Below are positions 25,279 through 37,878 of a DNA stretch of 48,636 bases, in pieces (the first letter of the stretch is position 1; each line of letters begins with the position of its first letter). The notes beneath the pieces were generated by a model. It worked only from the letters and a program-made list of their open reading frames with translations, was not told the origin of the DNA and ran no database searches. Made by a program: the position numbers and the translations under genes. The stretch is from Welwitschia mirabilis (taxonomy: Eukaryota): NCBI GenBank assembly GCA_051453625.1, contig JBOZIK010000001.1, forward strand, positions 24,869,997 through 24,918,632. Direction: 5' to 3'.

Positions 25279-26499
25279 TAATAACATGTAAAAATTAACA
25301 TTTATCTCAAGTATATTAGGTTAACTTAGTATAGGTAAAGACATTAATTTAATAGCTTTATCATAAAAATATGTCTTCTATCATTTTTTATGTCATATGT
25401 GAATTTATGATTTTAACCATAATTTTTTTAGGTTTTTAGCCACATTTTGAAATACATGTCTGAAGATGAATCTAACTCTATACAAAATGGCAATTATTCT
25501 AAAGACATCTAGAGGTGGCATCAATTGGTGGAGGAATCTTGATCCAAAGGCCATGTGTTTGACACTTCATGCCAATCACTACTAAACACTACAAGAAAAA
25601 GATTCTAACTACTCCACAAAATGCTACAAGATAAAGATTCCAATTACTCCACCAATTGCTATAAGATGGAATTTCAACCATCCCACTTAATATAAAAGGA
25701 TAAGAAATCCCAACTACCTTAATCCTAGCTTTACTATAAAAAAGGTCAAGCACCCTCCTTTGTAAGTTAATCTTTAGTATATGGAAGAAGTTATTCTTGG
25801 AAAGAAAAACACTTTTATCATGTATTTCTAGTTTTTCTCATTTGGAAATGAGCTAGCCTTGAGGTTAGCTTGATGTTTTTTTAAGCATAAGATTTCCTTC
25901 ATTGAAGTACTATAGTTTTGTTTCTATAATAAAATCGTAGTTTTTATTTCTTGATTTTATGTGTGATTTATTTCATACCTTTAATACTTGATGTGAAACT
26001 TTAATGTTACTAAAATTATTTATGTTTCTTAGTGAACACTTTGTGCTTTATGCTTTTGTTTTTATAGCTTGATTTTTTCTGATGAATCTTAGGTTTCATT
26101 TACTACTCTTCATACTTCCAAATAGGCTATGATAAACATAGTAATAGGAGGATCTTACCACTACTCATGTGATGAATGTGATAATGTCATTATGATTAGA
26201 TATGCAACAAACTTATCATATTTAGAACTTAAATAGGAACTTGCATTATATCTTTGCTTAAATTTCTCTTTATTTGTTGAAAGATTTAAATTAGTTCCTA
26301 AGTTCTATGTATGTTTCCAAATCTCGTCCATTGAATTCTTATTTAAATATTCTCAACTTGAAGTTGCTTGAATCTTTTTGCTAGTTTATAAGTGTGTGTT
26401 TTACTATTTTTGTATTGCCTTTACTACCATGGAATAATGACTCTAGGACCCTTTACAATGCAAGCCCTAGTTTCTATTTGTAAAAGCAAGCCTTGATCA
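25279..26499 (+). repeat. 3' LTR of the non-autonomous element (about 1.22 kb)
   Basis: Preceded by ttgctaagggattagcaaaag...aagggtg (Athila-type pre-LTR/PPT context). Ends in ATCA. TATA-like ctataaa at about 25734. Confidence 0.7.
25601..25720 (+). repeat. About 3.5 copies of a 35-bp tandem repeat in LTR U3
   Basis: gattctaactactccacaaaatgctacaagataaa / gattccaattactccaccaattgctataagatgga / atttcaaccatcccac... Confidence 0.75.
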
Positions 26500-26599
26500 T
26501 GATACACAATAGAAAATGTGAATACTATACCCAACATAAGAATTAGCCTATCTACTTGGAGTAATATAATTTAAAGTATAAGCTTTTTACTATTCTTGA

Positions 26600-29500
26600 T
26601 TTCTACCTAGAGCGTTTTCTATAATCCTAATCCAATGTTGGCATCCATGGTTTAAAACTCTAATACCTCTCTTAAGTTTAAATCAATTACCTAATACATC
26701 AAAAAGGAATGTTTCCATCACACCTACGACAGGATTAATTTTTAATCCTACCATAATGCCTCAACAAAATCATTTGCATAATCCTACACAAATATGATAA
26801 AGTAGACCAAATCAATCATATGTAGTTCCTCACTTACAATCGTATCCAATTTAAGAAGCACTTTTGCAACAAGCTTAAATTGGAAATTTTGGATTTTACA
26901 ACCAATCACATCTTCCAAATATAACTCAACTAGAACCAACCCTTAAAGATTTAAACTTTTAATGTAAACAAATTCATAAAGAACCATTAGTTTTTCCACC
27001 TATACTAGATGTATAAGTAAGAAACGTGCAATTATGACCTTCATTTCATAGCATAGATGCTTCATGAACCTATGACTTATTTAGTAANNNNNNNNNNATT
27101 TATACTCTTAAAAACTATAGAGAAAACAAAAATTATTGCATTTAGGACTAATTAAAAGATAAGAAAAACTCCTAATTATAAACCCCACAAAGTCAAATTC
27201 AATCATGGAAAGAATTTAAAATTTCCTCCATGAGGAAATTCATTTTTAATGATAAGCTCTATAACTTATAAATAATCCTATGAATGTTTTTGTAAAATTT
27301 ATCAACAAAACCCTCATCATGGATTTCAATCCCACCAACTATTAAAAAGTTCCGTTAAGGAATTAGAAAAATATGTGAGACAACATGTTAATTTTGCAAT
27401 AGAAGGGAACATATTAAACACAACACATGAGGTAAACTTTAAAATTTTATAGGAATTAGTGAATCAAATCAAGATATGGCCAAAAAATTAAAAAAAAAAT
27501 CTTTACTTAAGAACAATCTGTTATGGTAAAGAGAATGAAGGAAATGATGTAGAAAATCATGAGCATTATGCCTTGTTAATAATCTTATATACCTACTATA
27601 ACACATGTACAAATATATATTACTATAGTGTAATATATGATGTTACCAAAACCTAACCAACAATAATAAACACAAACTATTCTCTTTTAAGTTCCATAGA
27701 ATGAAATAGTTTGTATTCAACAAAAGCTAAGAATCCATAATTATGTGTTCTTTGTGAGAAAACTAGTCATCAAGTTCAAGCTTATCGATCTTGGCAATAT
27801 CTACTTAGTATAGTGAAGGACATGATAGTAGTATTTCAAAGTAATACATATTCTACTTTAACTTTATCATCTTCTTCTCAATGAGGTTATCCTAAGAATC
27901 AAATACCACAATGATAAGGATACTCCAACTATGAACAAAAAGCATCATATGTAGAAAATATGTATAGATCTTAAGTTGAAAAAAGACTATATGTATCACA
28001 ACAATAATTATAACTTTGGGTTTAGATAATTTTACCAATAATAGACCATGCCTCAGAGCATGAAATAACAAGTGGACTTAATGAATAAAAAGGTTAGAAA
28101 CATTAAAACAAGGATTACCAATTTTGCTTAAAAGTAGAAATTATCCTACCTTTACAAGAAGAGACAAATCATGTCAATAACCATTATGAATAAGCACATT
28201 CAATGATGGACTAAATGGGAAAAACCTAGAACCAATGCAAATCAACAAGCACTATAAAAAGACTAAAATAATTGAGAAAAAAACTCTATAAATCAATGGA
28301 ATACTACATACTCGAATTATTAGAACAATCCCAAGAAACTCTTCATTATCACTCCTATATCTCTGGTAGATCCAAAAACTAGACCATGATTTCCTAGGTG
28401 ATTAAAGAAAAATCTCATTGAGGATGAATAAATAAATAAGATATTTAAAGAGGCCTAACTTAGATTGCCTTTGATTTAAGCTTTGAAGTATACCCATTTA
28501 TACTCCAAATACATCAATGGTTTGTGATTCGAAAATAAATGGAAATTCATCCCTAAATAAGTTCATTTAGTTGAAAACATTACACAAATGATGAAGGAAA
28601 AAAAATACCACCTAAACATAAATATTCAGGGTTATCTACTATTCTAGTAATTATTAATAAGAAAAAGGTGTTGCATGCGTTGCTTGATCTAGGTGGAAGT
28701 GTCAACCTCATGCCTTCATATCTTTGTAAAACCTTAGGTCTAATGGAATTCTCAAACTTTAATATGATTCTATCATTAGCCAATGGATCAATAGCCAATC
28801 CAGTTGAAATCACTAAAAATCTATAAGTTGATTAAGTACTCTATCTTGTAGGCTTTGTAATTCTAAAAATTATTTAAATTTTTTTTAATCATTTTAGTAA
28901 GATATTGATTAGCCAATACAGATGTTATAATACATTATCACACTAGTTTAGTTTAACTTACCTTCATCAATATTCCTTTATCAATCTTAAAATGAATATG
29001 AACATTTTCAATCCAATGAAACCTAGGGAAGAAGGAAAGAACAAAGAAAAAATATCATTCGTAAATACCTCAACTCTTGCACTTTTCAAAAGAGAACTTT
29101 TTCAAATACTTTTAGAAAATGAATAGGAACATGTGTTATGTACAGATAAAGAACATGATGATATCACTATTATAAAAGAATCATTACTATCTAGACCATA
29201 AGGTAGTCAAGAAATCATCACACAAAATGAAATTATAGAAACATTAGAGCTTACTACCCACTTTGAAATACTTCTTCTTGGATGAAGAAGGAACTAAACC
29301 TCTAATCATTATTAACAATCTAGAACTAGAACTTGAGGTAAACTTAATTTGAAGAAATAAAGGAAAATATAAAAGGTTTTTTCTTTGTTACACAATGATC
29401 TTCAAAGAGGAACTTTACCAACATTAGTTATGCACAAAATTTATTTAGAAGAAAATGTTAAATAAGTTAAGAAACCCTCTTGCCATTTGAATCTTACATT

Positions 29501-32000
29501 ATAAAAGATAGTTAAAGACAAATTTTATAAGTTATAAGAAAAGGGAACCATCTATTTCATATCAGATAGTGGTTGTTCCTAAGAAAAAGAGTAAATGGTG
29601 AGTTTGCATTAACTTTAGAAAATTCAATGAATGTATAAGAAAATATCAATTTCTCATATCATGCATCAATAAAATCCTATATAAACCTTTTTTGACATCA
29701 ATTTATTATTTTTTAGATGGATTTGACAGATACAATCAAATTGCAATCACCCCTATAGATCAATATAAAACAATTCTCATCTCATCCTTTGAAACTTTTG
29801 CTTATTGTGAAATGCCTTTTAGACTTCATAATGCATATGCAACTTTTCAAAAAGCCATGATGTTAATTTTCTTTGACATGCTTAAATAATTTGTAAAAAC
29901 TTTTATGGATGATTTTGTAATATATGGTGATACCTTTGACTTTATAGACTTTGCAAATCATTATCACGATGTAGTGAAAAGAACTTAAAATGTAACTAGG
30001 AGAAAATCCATTTAATGGTTATAAATGAAATCATTTTAGTATGTCTCACAAATAGGTATGAGTATAAATCCTAAGAAAATTCAGGTTCATTACCAACTCC
30101 AACAAATCTTAAAATATTTAAAGGTTTCTCAGGATATTCTAGGTATTATCAAAGATTCATCAAGGATTTTTTAAAAAAACTGCAAAACTGTTGTATGAAT
30201 TACTAGATGAAGATAAACATTTCATATGGAATTATGCTTTTGAAAAAGCATTAAATGTTTTAAAAGAGCTAGTCTTCATGGCACTTGTTATTAGAGCACC
30301 TAATTGGAATTATTCCTTTAATCTTATGTGTGATACCAGTAACACAAATATAGGAATTATCCTAGGACAGTACATTAACATAACCTACATGTTATTTATC
30401 ATAGCTCAAAAATCCTTAATTCATCTCAGGCTAATTACACACTAATAGAAAAAGAACTGCTTGCTATTATCACTACACTCGATCAGTTTTGATACTACCT
30501 TGTAGGTTTTAAAACTTAAGTTTATATAGATCACTTATCTATTAAGTTTCTAGAAATTAAGCAAATTGATAATGTTTGAATCATGCATTAGTGTTTATTA
30601 ATATAAGAATTTGATTTGGACATTTGAGATAAACAATACCATGCTAATGTAGTAGATCATCTCTTCCATTTAAAAATAGTGGATGAATGTCATACTAAAG
30701 AGATATCTAATGATTGATTTCCATATGTAAAATTATTCACAATCCACCATAATTCCATAAGAAAGACCCCTGATATGCTTATATTACAAATTTCTTATCC
30801 ACTATACAAATTTATTAGAATTAGTTAATGAAGATAAGAATTTGTTCTTAAAATGGATTAAGAATTACATTTGGTAAAGATGAAATTACATGTAGTATGT
30901 TGTGAACGGGGAAAAAACCCAAGATCCTAAGGTTGTTTCATGATATCAACCACAGACGACACTTTAATGAGGATGAGATCACTAAAAAATTCCTTAAAAT
31001 GGATTTTATTAGCCAATTGTTTAAGGATTCATAGGGTTATGTTTCAAAATGTGATATATTATCAATGATTGAGAAGAATTTCTAAAACAAATGAGATGTC
31101 AATGAACATGATTATGGAATGTAAATTAAATGATTATAAATATATTACAGTTTGTGTTGATTATATCATAAAATGGGTTGAAGCTCAAGCTATCAAAACA
31201 AATGATGTTAAGGTTGTTATTAACATTTTTTGAGAGCACATTTTGCAATGTTTTGATTATTCAAAAGTATTCATTAGTGATCAAGGAATCCATCTAGCTA
31301 ATAAAATAATAAGGAAATTAATAACATCAGTAGGAATTATTCACAAAGTAGCAACTGCTTATCATCGACAAACAAATGGTCATCTTGAAAATTACAATTA
31401 TGAAATTAAAAGAATTTTTTTAAAACCATAAATTCTAACCATAATGATTGGTATAAGAAATTAAATGATTCTTTAATAAGTATATGAAAGCACTTGCAGA
31501 AACTGATTAGGATATGCTTCTTTTTAATTGTTTATGGAAAATAATGCTTCTTACCAATGTAGGTTTAACGTAAATCATGGAAGTTGATGTAAAAACTTAA
31601 CTTAGTAGTGAAGAGAACATTCAGAAAAAGGCGATGCAACTAGAGAAATTAGATGAATTGAGATATCATGCAATTAAATATCAATGAATAATGACGAAAA
31701 AAGAAAAATACCATCACGAGAGACAAATCTGTAAGAAAGAATTTTAACCCTAGAGACAAGGTTTTGCTTTACAACATAAGATTACATAACTTGTCAAAAA
31801 ATTAGAAAGAAATGGGAAGGATCCTTTGAGGTAGTTAACATAAATTGAAATGGAAGTATACTAAAAAGTCTAACTTGTAATATTTAGTTCACTATAAATG
31901 GTTAATGTTTAAAATTATATGATGAGAATGATCTAGATAACTTTGATGTGAATCTTGAAGGACCTCTTGAATCTGATTCTCAAATTCTTACTTCTAATAA
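26600..32000 (+). pseudogene. gag-pol pseudogene of the family C element
   Basis: ORF fragments 29692-29889, 30191-30445 and 31243-31431 fall in gypsy domain order, with many stops. Confidence 0.85.
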
Positions 32001-33099
32001 TTGTACTTCTTATGCCATACTTTCAATGTGCATACTTTATTAAATACATGTATTTACTTATCTCTTATGCATGCTACAACTTATATATGTATATATATAA
32101 AATGCAGGATGTGTACTATGATATTTAATTACTTGAAAAAGGGAAAAATAATTAAAAAATAGGTAAACAAATAAAATACCAAAAAATTGTAATAATAGTT
32201 TAACGATAATAATCATAATAAATTTAATAATATCACAATTCCATCGATAAGCAAGAGATTATCGTAAAGACATTATGTGGTGGAATACATAATGAATTTG
32301 AAATAGTTTCATCACTAATCAATATGAATGCAATACTATCACAGGTTGTCAATGTGTGGTAAATGCCATGGTTGGAAATTTTTCTAAGAACTATCGCAGA
32401 CTCTTACAACATGATACCTAGAATGATACTTTACTTTACACATAGCTTGAATGTTATCAATGGACAACAGGCTTGAAATAGCTTGTTGCAACCCTTACAT
32501 GTAGTGATAGTGTTGATTAGGATCAAAAAATTATAAATAAAATGTAAAATAGATTTGACCCATATTTCAAAATAGCATTTTCCCCCTTCCTAGACATGTT
32601 GGAACTCTTGTTGACATCAAATTTGACCAATCCAACATAATAACATGCCTAGACAGCAATGTCTACTTTGAATGGATCTCATCATCATGGACAAGGCTCA
32701 TGTCTTTCTCATTTTTGTTATCTCTACTTAAAATAGAGTTTGGATTATTTTCTTGATCTTTCTTTAGTAAATTGAGTTATTATTCAATATTTTAAGGCTA
32801 ACAACCTACCCTCATAGAAATTAGACTTATTTAAACTAGCAAATGCCTTCTTTAAATTTAAAACTATAGAATTTGAGAAGAAAATGCAATAAGGATGTTG
32901 TTTCCAAGTTTAAAACCTCCCATATTTCATTTTTCTTTTGCTTTTCCCTTTCTTTTCAAAACATCTATTTTATTTAGCTTAGATTTAGCTATTTTGCTAT
33001 ACTAATAAGTACTTTTGATGATAATTTTAATTTGTTCTAGGCTAAGTAGATCACCTATAATAGAAGAACAAGTGATAACTCAACTTAACTAAATAAGAT

Positions 33100-34110
33100 T
33101 CAATACAAAATCTTACAACATAACTGCTACCACCTAACCTCCTCCCACATCGATTACCATGACCACTACTCCAAAAGTGGTAGTAGAAAAAAGGAGACAA
33201 TTATAGGATGTCATAGTTATTCTAGACTAGGATTACATTGGACTGCTAAAGTTAGTTTATCCTAGAATTATGTCAGAAATGATTCATTATGGATTGATTG
33301 GGTTTGTTAAGCCAATGCATAGGAGTAATTTTCTATTTAGGTCAAAGAGTTCTATTATAGGATGATCACATACTATAATCATTGTATTAATAAAGACCCT
33401 AATTAGCTAGAATGGAAAATTACCATTCTATCTCATCTGAGTAATACAAATATTAAAATTACAAAAGCATTTCTCCAAGAGAATTACAACATTCCATTTG
33501 AGGGAACACACCTATACATCAATTGAGGTATGAGGGAGCAAAAATTAGAATTTTTCAGATCTCTTGCAAAAGACGAGATTGTCTCTGAGGCTTTAGCTTT
33601 AGTTTTTGAGAAAGGCTTTTCCATTTAGATTCTCTCTCCTTTCACACTTGTATTGTTTAAAGTAATTACCACTAATATTCATCCCACAACACATGTAGCC
33701 AACATCATGATGTTTCCTATTAGGTTGGTGTTAGGTTTACAAAATATAGATTCCTACAATTTTATTTATATTGTAATTAAATTCATGAAATTAGTAGTTC
33801 AGCATCTTGATTATCCTAGCTTTCCTTTCTTTATAAATGCTATCTTGAGGGACAAAAATGTACCCAATCTAACTCATGAGGTAGTAACATAGATGATCAC
33901 TTTAACAAAAAAGGACTTGACTAAAATTCACCTCACAAAATAAGGCCAAGTACACCTACTAGAAGCACTGCCTTCTTAAATGAATGCCACTCTTAAAAGG
34001 ATCAACCTACTAGTGAGATAAGAGACATTAAAATGTGTATAGAGCTTGAGCTTGGACATGTGACAAGGCCACCACTGCCAAAGGAAGGGAAAGATTCATA
34101 AGAAATGAAA
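33100..34110 (+). pseudogene. Accessory ORF of the family C element, degenerate
   Basis: VKEFYY at 33341-33358. ORF 33653-33892 has ITTNIHPTTHVAN...SFPFFINAILRDKNVP. Ends are approximate. Confidence 0.6.
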
Positions 34111-34749
34111 ACTCCTTAAATTATATCTTTTCTTATTTTTGATTTTACAAGTGAAAGAATAATGATGATTTGTAATCTTATAATAAATGCTCTTTCTATT
34201 GTAAACATCGTTTTTGTAGGTATTCTTTTATTCTATCAATGAATTGAGTCCCATATAAAGCAGAGTTAAATTCACTTGTTAATTATTATGTGATGAAGAA
34301 ATTATCAGAAAGGGGACTATGATAGTACTATAGAATTTCACTTTTTAACAAATGATTGTATCATAATGTTTGAACTGAAAAGACTCTAAATTACCCTTCA
34401 TAAATGCATTTGGAAATAATTGTGTCAAAGAATTTTTTTAAAAAATGTTATAAGTAATAATATTAATTTTTTGTTTATCACATGATAATATCTAATGATT
34501 TGGTGTAATGTCCAAAATCATTGCTAGAAATTCCTTTAGTGATAGATTTATCACAAGATGATAAGAAGTATAACTAATTATAGGTCAATTAGCTTAATGC
34601 CCAATGATAGTAAACGATACATTTATCACTGATTATCACTCAACAATAGTGTCATGATAATAGAGGCTATCATCAATCGATAAGAATAAACACATAAAGT
34701 AAGTTCTATAGTCAAATAGTGAGATATCTATGTTTATTGCTTGCATATA

Positions 34750-36330
34750 ACCCCAAGCTCTATGGACTTTACATCTATAGACTGATGTGGCTTTCGATCT
34801 GAATACCTATACCTTCAACTGATGTGATCTCCAACAACATATATGATACGTAGGGTGCAGTGCTTAGGCTCCATAATTAGTTATAGCTGTTGATGTCTCC
34901 ATGTAGCCAAGGGTAGATCATTTGGATCAATTAGATGAATGGTTTCTATTAGCAGAAATATGTGTTGTACCCTAAATCCTAGTGTAGATCAACAAGTACT
35001 CTATTAGCTTGAATAGTGTCTATTAAGTTGTGATTCATGGTCTAGAACTAAAGGAAGAATGGATCTAAACATATGTTGGTGATAGGGCTATAACATTCCT
35101 TCCATAACAAACCCTTTAGTTGAACAATAGATCACAAGCACCTATTTGGCGAGCATGTTGATCCTAATATTGTATGAACTATCCAGACTAGCTATCCTTC
35201 ATCACTATATGGATATTACAAACAACAGGAAGTGCCTATACCATCGTGTCGGAAATCCAATAGCATTGAAGTTTAGCATTAGTTTGTTTTGTAGTTACCA
35301 CTTCATGAGGGTAGTGGATGGCTGCATCGGAAGTTGTTGGAGGTTAGTTATCCTCTTGAGGCATAGAGATGTGAGTGGTAATATCACACAACATGTGAGG
35401 TTGGAGGAGCTCCCATATAGATCCTAGTAGAAGTAATCATTAAGGCAGTTTCGGGTTATAGCTGACTCAAAGTATGGTATGGATATTGGTATGAAGTGGA
35501 GGAAGAAGTGGAAACTCTTCCCTACTTGTGTTATATGTCTCACTGAAGGGAACTAGTTCTAGGTAATAAACCTATGATTTTGCCTTCTAAACAACTTCTT
35601 TCACTTCACATACAACCTTGCATTTTGGATGCATTATTAAAATACAGATGTAATGTTACATTTCATAAAAAAGATATCTATGGTTGTGTTAGCTATATTT
35701 TAAAATGTAATAAAATGTGGTCTTTTTCAAACCCACACCTAAGTGAAAAAAGTTAAAGCTTGAAGTCAATTATTTGTTAAATCTTCTTGAGCATTGGTTA
35801 AATGGGCCTTACTTAGTATCAAGGATACCTTTAGAGCATCTTCACTTTTAGGCATACCTAGACGACAAGACTGTAAAAATATTAAAAATAGCTCATAGAC
35901 CTTTACTGGAAAGCAAAAATGGGCAAAACCAAGGCGTAAACCTCTTGGGGTTAAGAAATGATAGAGCCCCATGATATTTGAAGAAATAGCCCACATCATA
36001 ATGTGGCTATTCCATGGCCTATGTTCTTTGTTGAGATCTCCATCCTTATGCTCATTCACCCTGCTATAAGTAGTCAGAGTGCTATAGTCACCAAAAGATG
36101 TTATAAGTAGTTAGAGTGCCATAATCACTAAAGGAGGTTTTCTTCCCTCCATATTTTATCATCTTCTTTCTGGTATAATTTTTTTTTGAGATTTTGGAGG
36201 ATGTGGAGCTTGAAATTGTTAATGAACATGCCTCCTACTAGAAGTATAACCACTACAATTGCCAAATGAATAATTTAATTGTCAATAAAGTCTCATAATA
36301 TGCCAAATGAACTAGGCTATGTAAGCAATG
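34750..36330 (-). mobile_element. Highly decayed Ty1/copia-like gag(-protease) remnant
   Basis: Minus ORF 35766-36059 WNSHIMMWAISSNIMGLYHFL...KVYELF resembles copia UBN2_3-type gag. WISDT near 35255 may be the protease motif. The signal is weak. Confidence 0.4.
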
Positions 36331-37598
36331 ATCTCTTAGTAATGTTGGGGTCATTTCGTGCCAGCATCATCCTATAGTACAAAGAAAGTGATGGCATGGC
36401 AATAGAAATGGCATGGATTTAGTGATACATGGAAATGTGAGGTAAAGACTGATTTGTCCATATTATCATCAACATATTATGCACCAGAGACATCTTGCCA
36501 AAGACGCAAGGTTGTGACTTTGAACTTGGAATCCATTGCTGCTCGAATTTTAAGCAAAGTGAGGTTTTCTTTCCTAGGCCAGTGACTTCCTATAGATCCT
36601 CCATGAAGTAGCCCCACACTGCCTATGGAATCATCCTTCGTGTCAAAAACTTGCGGATCACATGTACTTATTATTCTAGTAAATTGCTCATTCTCGTTTT
36701 GGTAAATTGAGGGCGAATTTGATGACATTTGTAGCCTCATTTTATGCACAACCATCTCCTATGATATCTGATCGTCAGAGTAGATCTACTATTGTTGAGC
36801 TAGAGACCAATCAGCAATCTCAGCCATAGAAATTACGTCAATGGAGTACTAGCCACTCTGCATTACAGAAGCCATACTTGATCTTTGTAGTATCAAAAAG
36901 AAAAGGAAAGCACACGAAGATTTTGAATTCCAGGATTGTAGGAAAAAGTCAAAGAATCATTACAGGTGAAAGAGAAAGTAAATGATATGAGAATCAAAAG
37001 TAGCCATGACGGTAGCTAGTGGATAAGCTTCTTGCTAATGCAAAGGCAAGTGAAAAGAAAGGAGGACAAGGAATTGTACATTCAATCAAAATGGATGGTG
37101 CATGCATAAAAGGCATGACGTGCATTGACCTCCCCTCTTCATCTAATAAGAGATGGGAGGTTGTTTAATTTCTCCACTGCAAAATTAGGGATCAAGAGGT
37201 TCAAACCCATAACCTTTAGAGACTATACCTTCTTTTGCAAGTATAGGCACCACCCATGATGTTCATCCAAAAAAATGATTCAACTATGACACCACTCATA
37301 ATGATCACCTAAATAGATGATTTAGTTATGACAAACTTTGATATAGGCTTAGACCACGAAACTCTATATGAGACTTTTGTACAAGCCTAAACTACTAAAC
37401 TCTATATGAGGTTTTTCATTTTAAATCTTTAACTTCAATGTCTAATGCCCTAATATATATATTAATATCTTACCCTTTCCAAACTTTTTTCTTAACGAAA
37501 AGGAAGAAAATCTAGAATGCTCCTATCCTATCATCTTCAAAGTAATAAGAAGAATTTGGAGGATTTTCGATTGGGAATGGACGACGTGGGCAAGATAT

Positions 37599-37689
37599 GG
37601 AACCCTCCAGAAGCCCTTTTACATCGTTCACAAACTTTCGAGACGGTTCGTCTGCTATTGGGCGTTCGGGAATTTTTTAAGAATGTTCC
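37599..37689 (+). promoter_or_regulatory. Cluster of heat shock elements (nGAAn inverted arrays) upstream of HSP90
   Basis: gGAAc-cCTCc-aGAAg (37599-37613); gTTCa-cAAAc-tTTCg-aGACg-gTTCg (37626-37650); gTTCg-gGAAt (37664-37673); aGAAt-gTTCc (37680-37689). All lie just 5' of the TATA box. Confidence 0.8.
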
Positions 37690-37710
37690 AGTCCCTTTAC
37701 AACCTCCCAC

Positions 37711-37716
37711 TATAAA
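37711..37716 (+). promoter_or_regulatory. TATA box of HSP90
   Basis: cTATAAAc about 20 bp downstream of the last HSE and about 165 bp upstream of the ATG. Confidence 0.8.
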
Positions 37717-37878
37717 CACCCGCGCCATTTCGTGCTGTGTCTCAGTTGAAGTTTTCTGTTCGCTGTCTGTGAATTGCGATCTCTGTTCTTTTGCCTACAT
37801 AGCCTTGCTGGTTATCAATCGATCATTAAATTTGTTCTTTGAAGGATCGAGTCTGCGTCGCTTTGTTGAAGCGGGAAG

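Larger units (their letters stand above)
20538..26499 (+). mobile_element. Non-autonomous Athila-type LTR element (LARD-like) with a 5'-truncated 5' LTR
   Basis: Direct repeat 20540-21244 versus about 25800-26499. Eroded Athila PBS ttttAACATTGTTACCAAGGA at about 21247-21267. The 4 kb interior has no pol motifs. The 3' LTR runs from 25279 (TAATAAC, from TGATAAC) to ATCA at 26499. Confidence 0.7.
26500..34700 (+). mobile_element. Degenerate Athila-like Ty3/gypsy internal region (family C): gag-PR-RT-RH-INT plus accessory ORF; LTRs not found
   Basis: gag about 26600-28500; protease ALLDLGGSVNLMP (about 28677); RT FLDGFDRYNQI and FVKTFMDDF (29890-29916); RH LMCDTSN; integrase VDYIIKWVEAQA, ISDQGIH, TAYHRQTNG; KWEGSFEV near 31810. 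Confidence 0.88.

Noticed and set aside
25601-25720. CRISPR-like 35-bp periodicity
   Set aside because: Contiguous tandem repeats without unique spacers, in a plant LTR with no cas genes.
36063-36137. 38-bp tandem duplication
   Set aside because: An ordinary local duplication inside a decayed TE.
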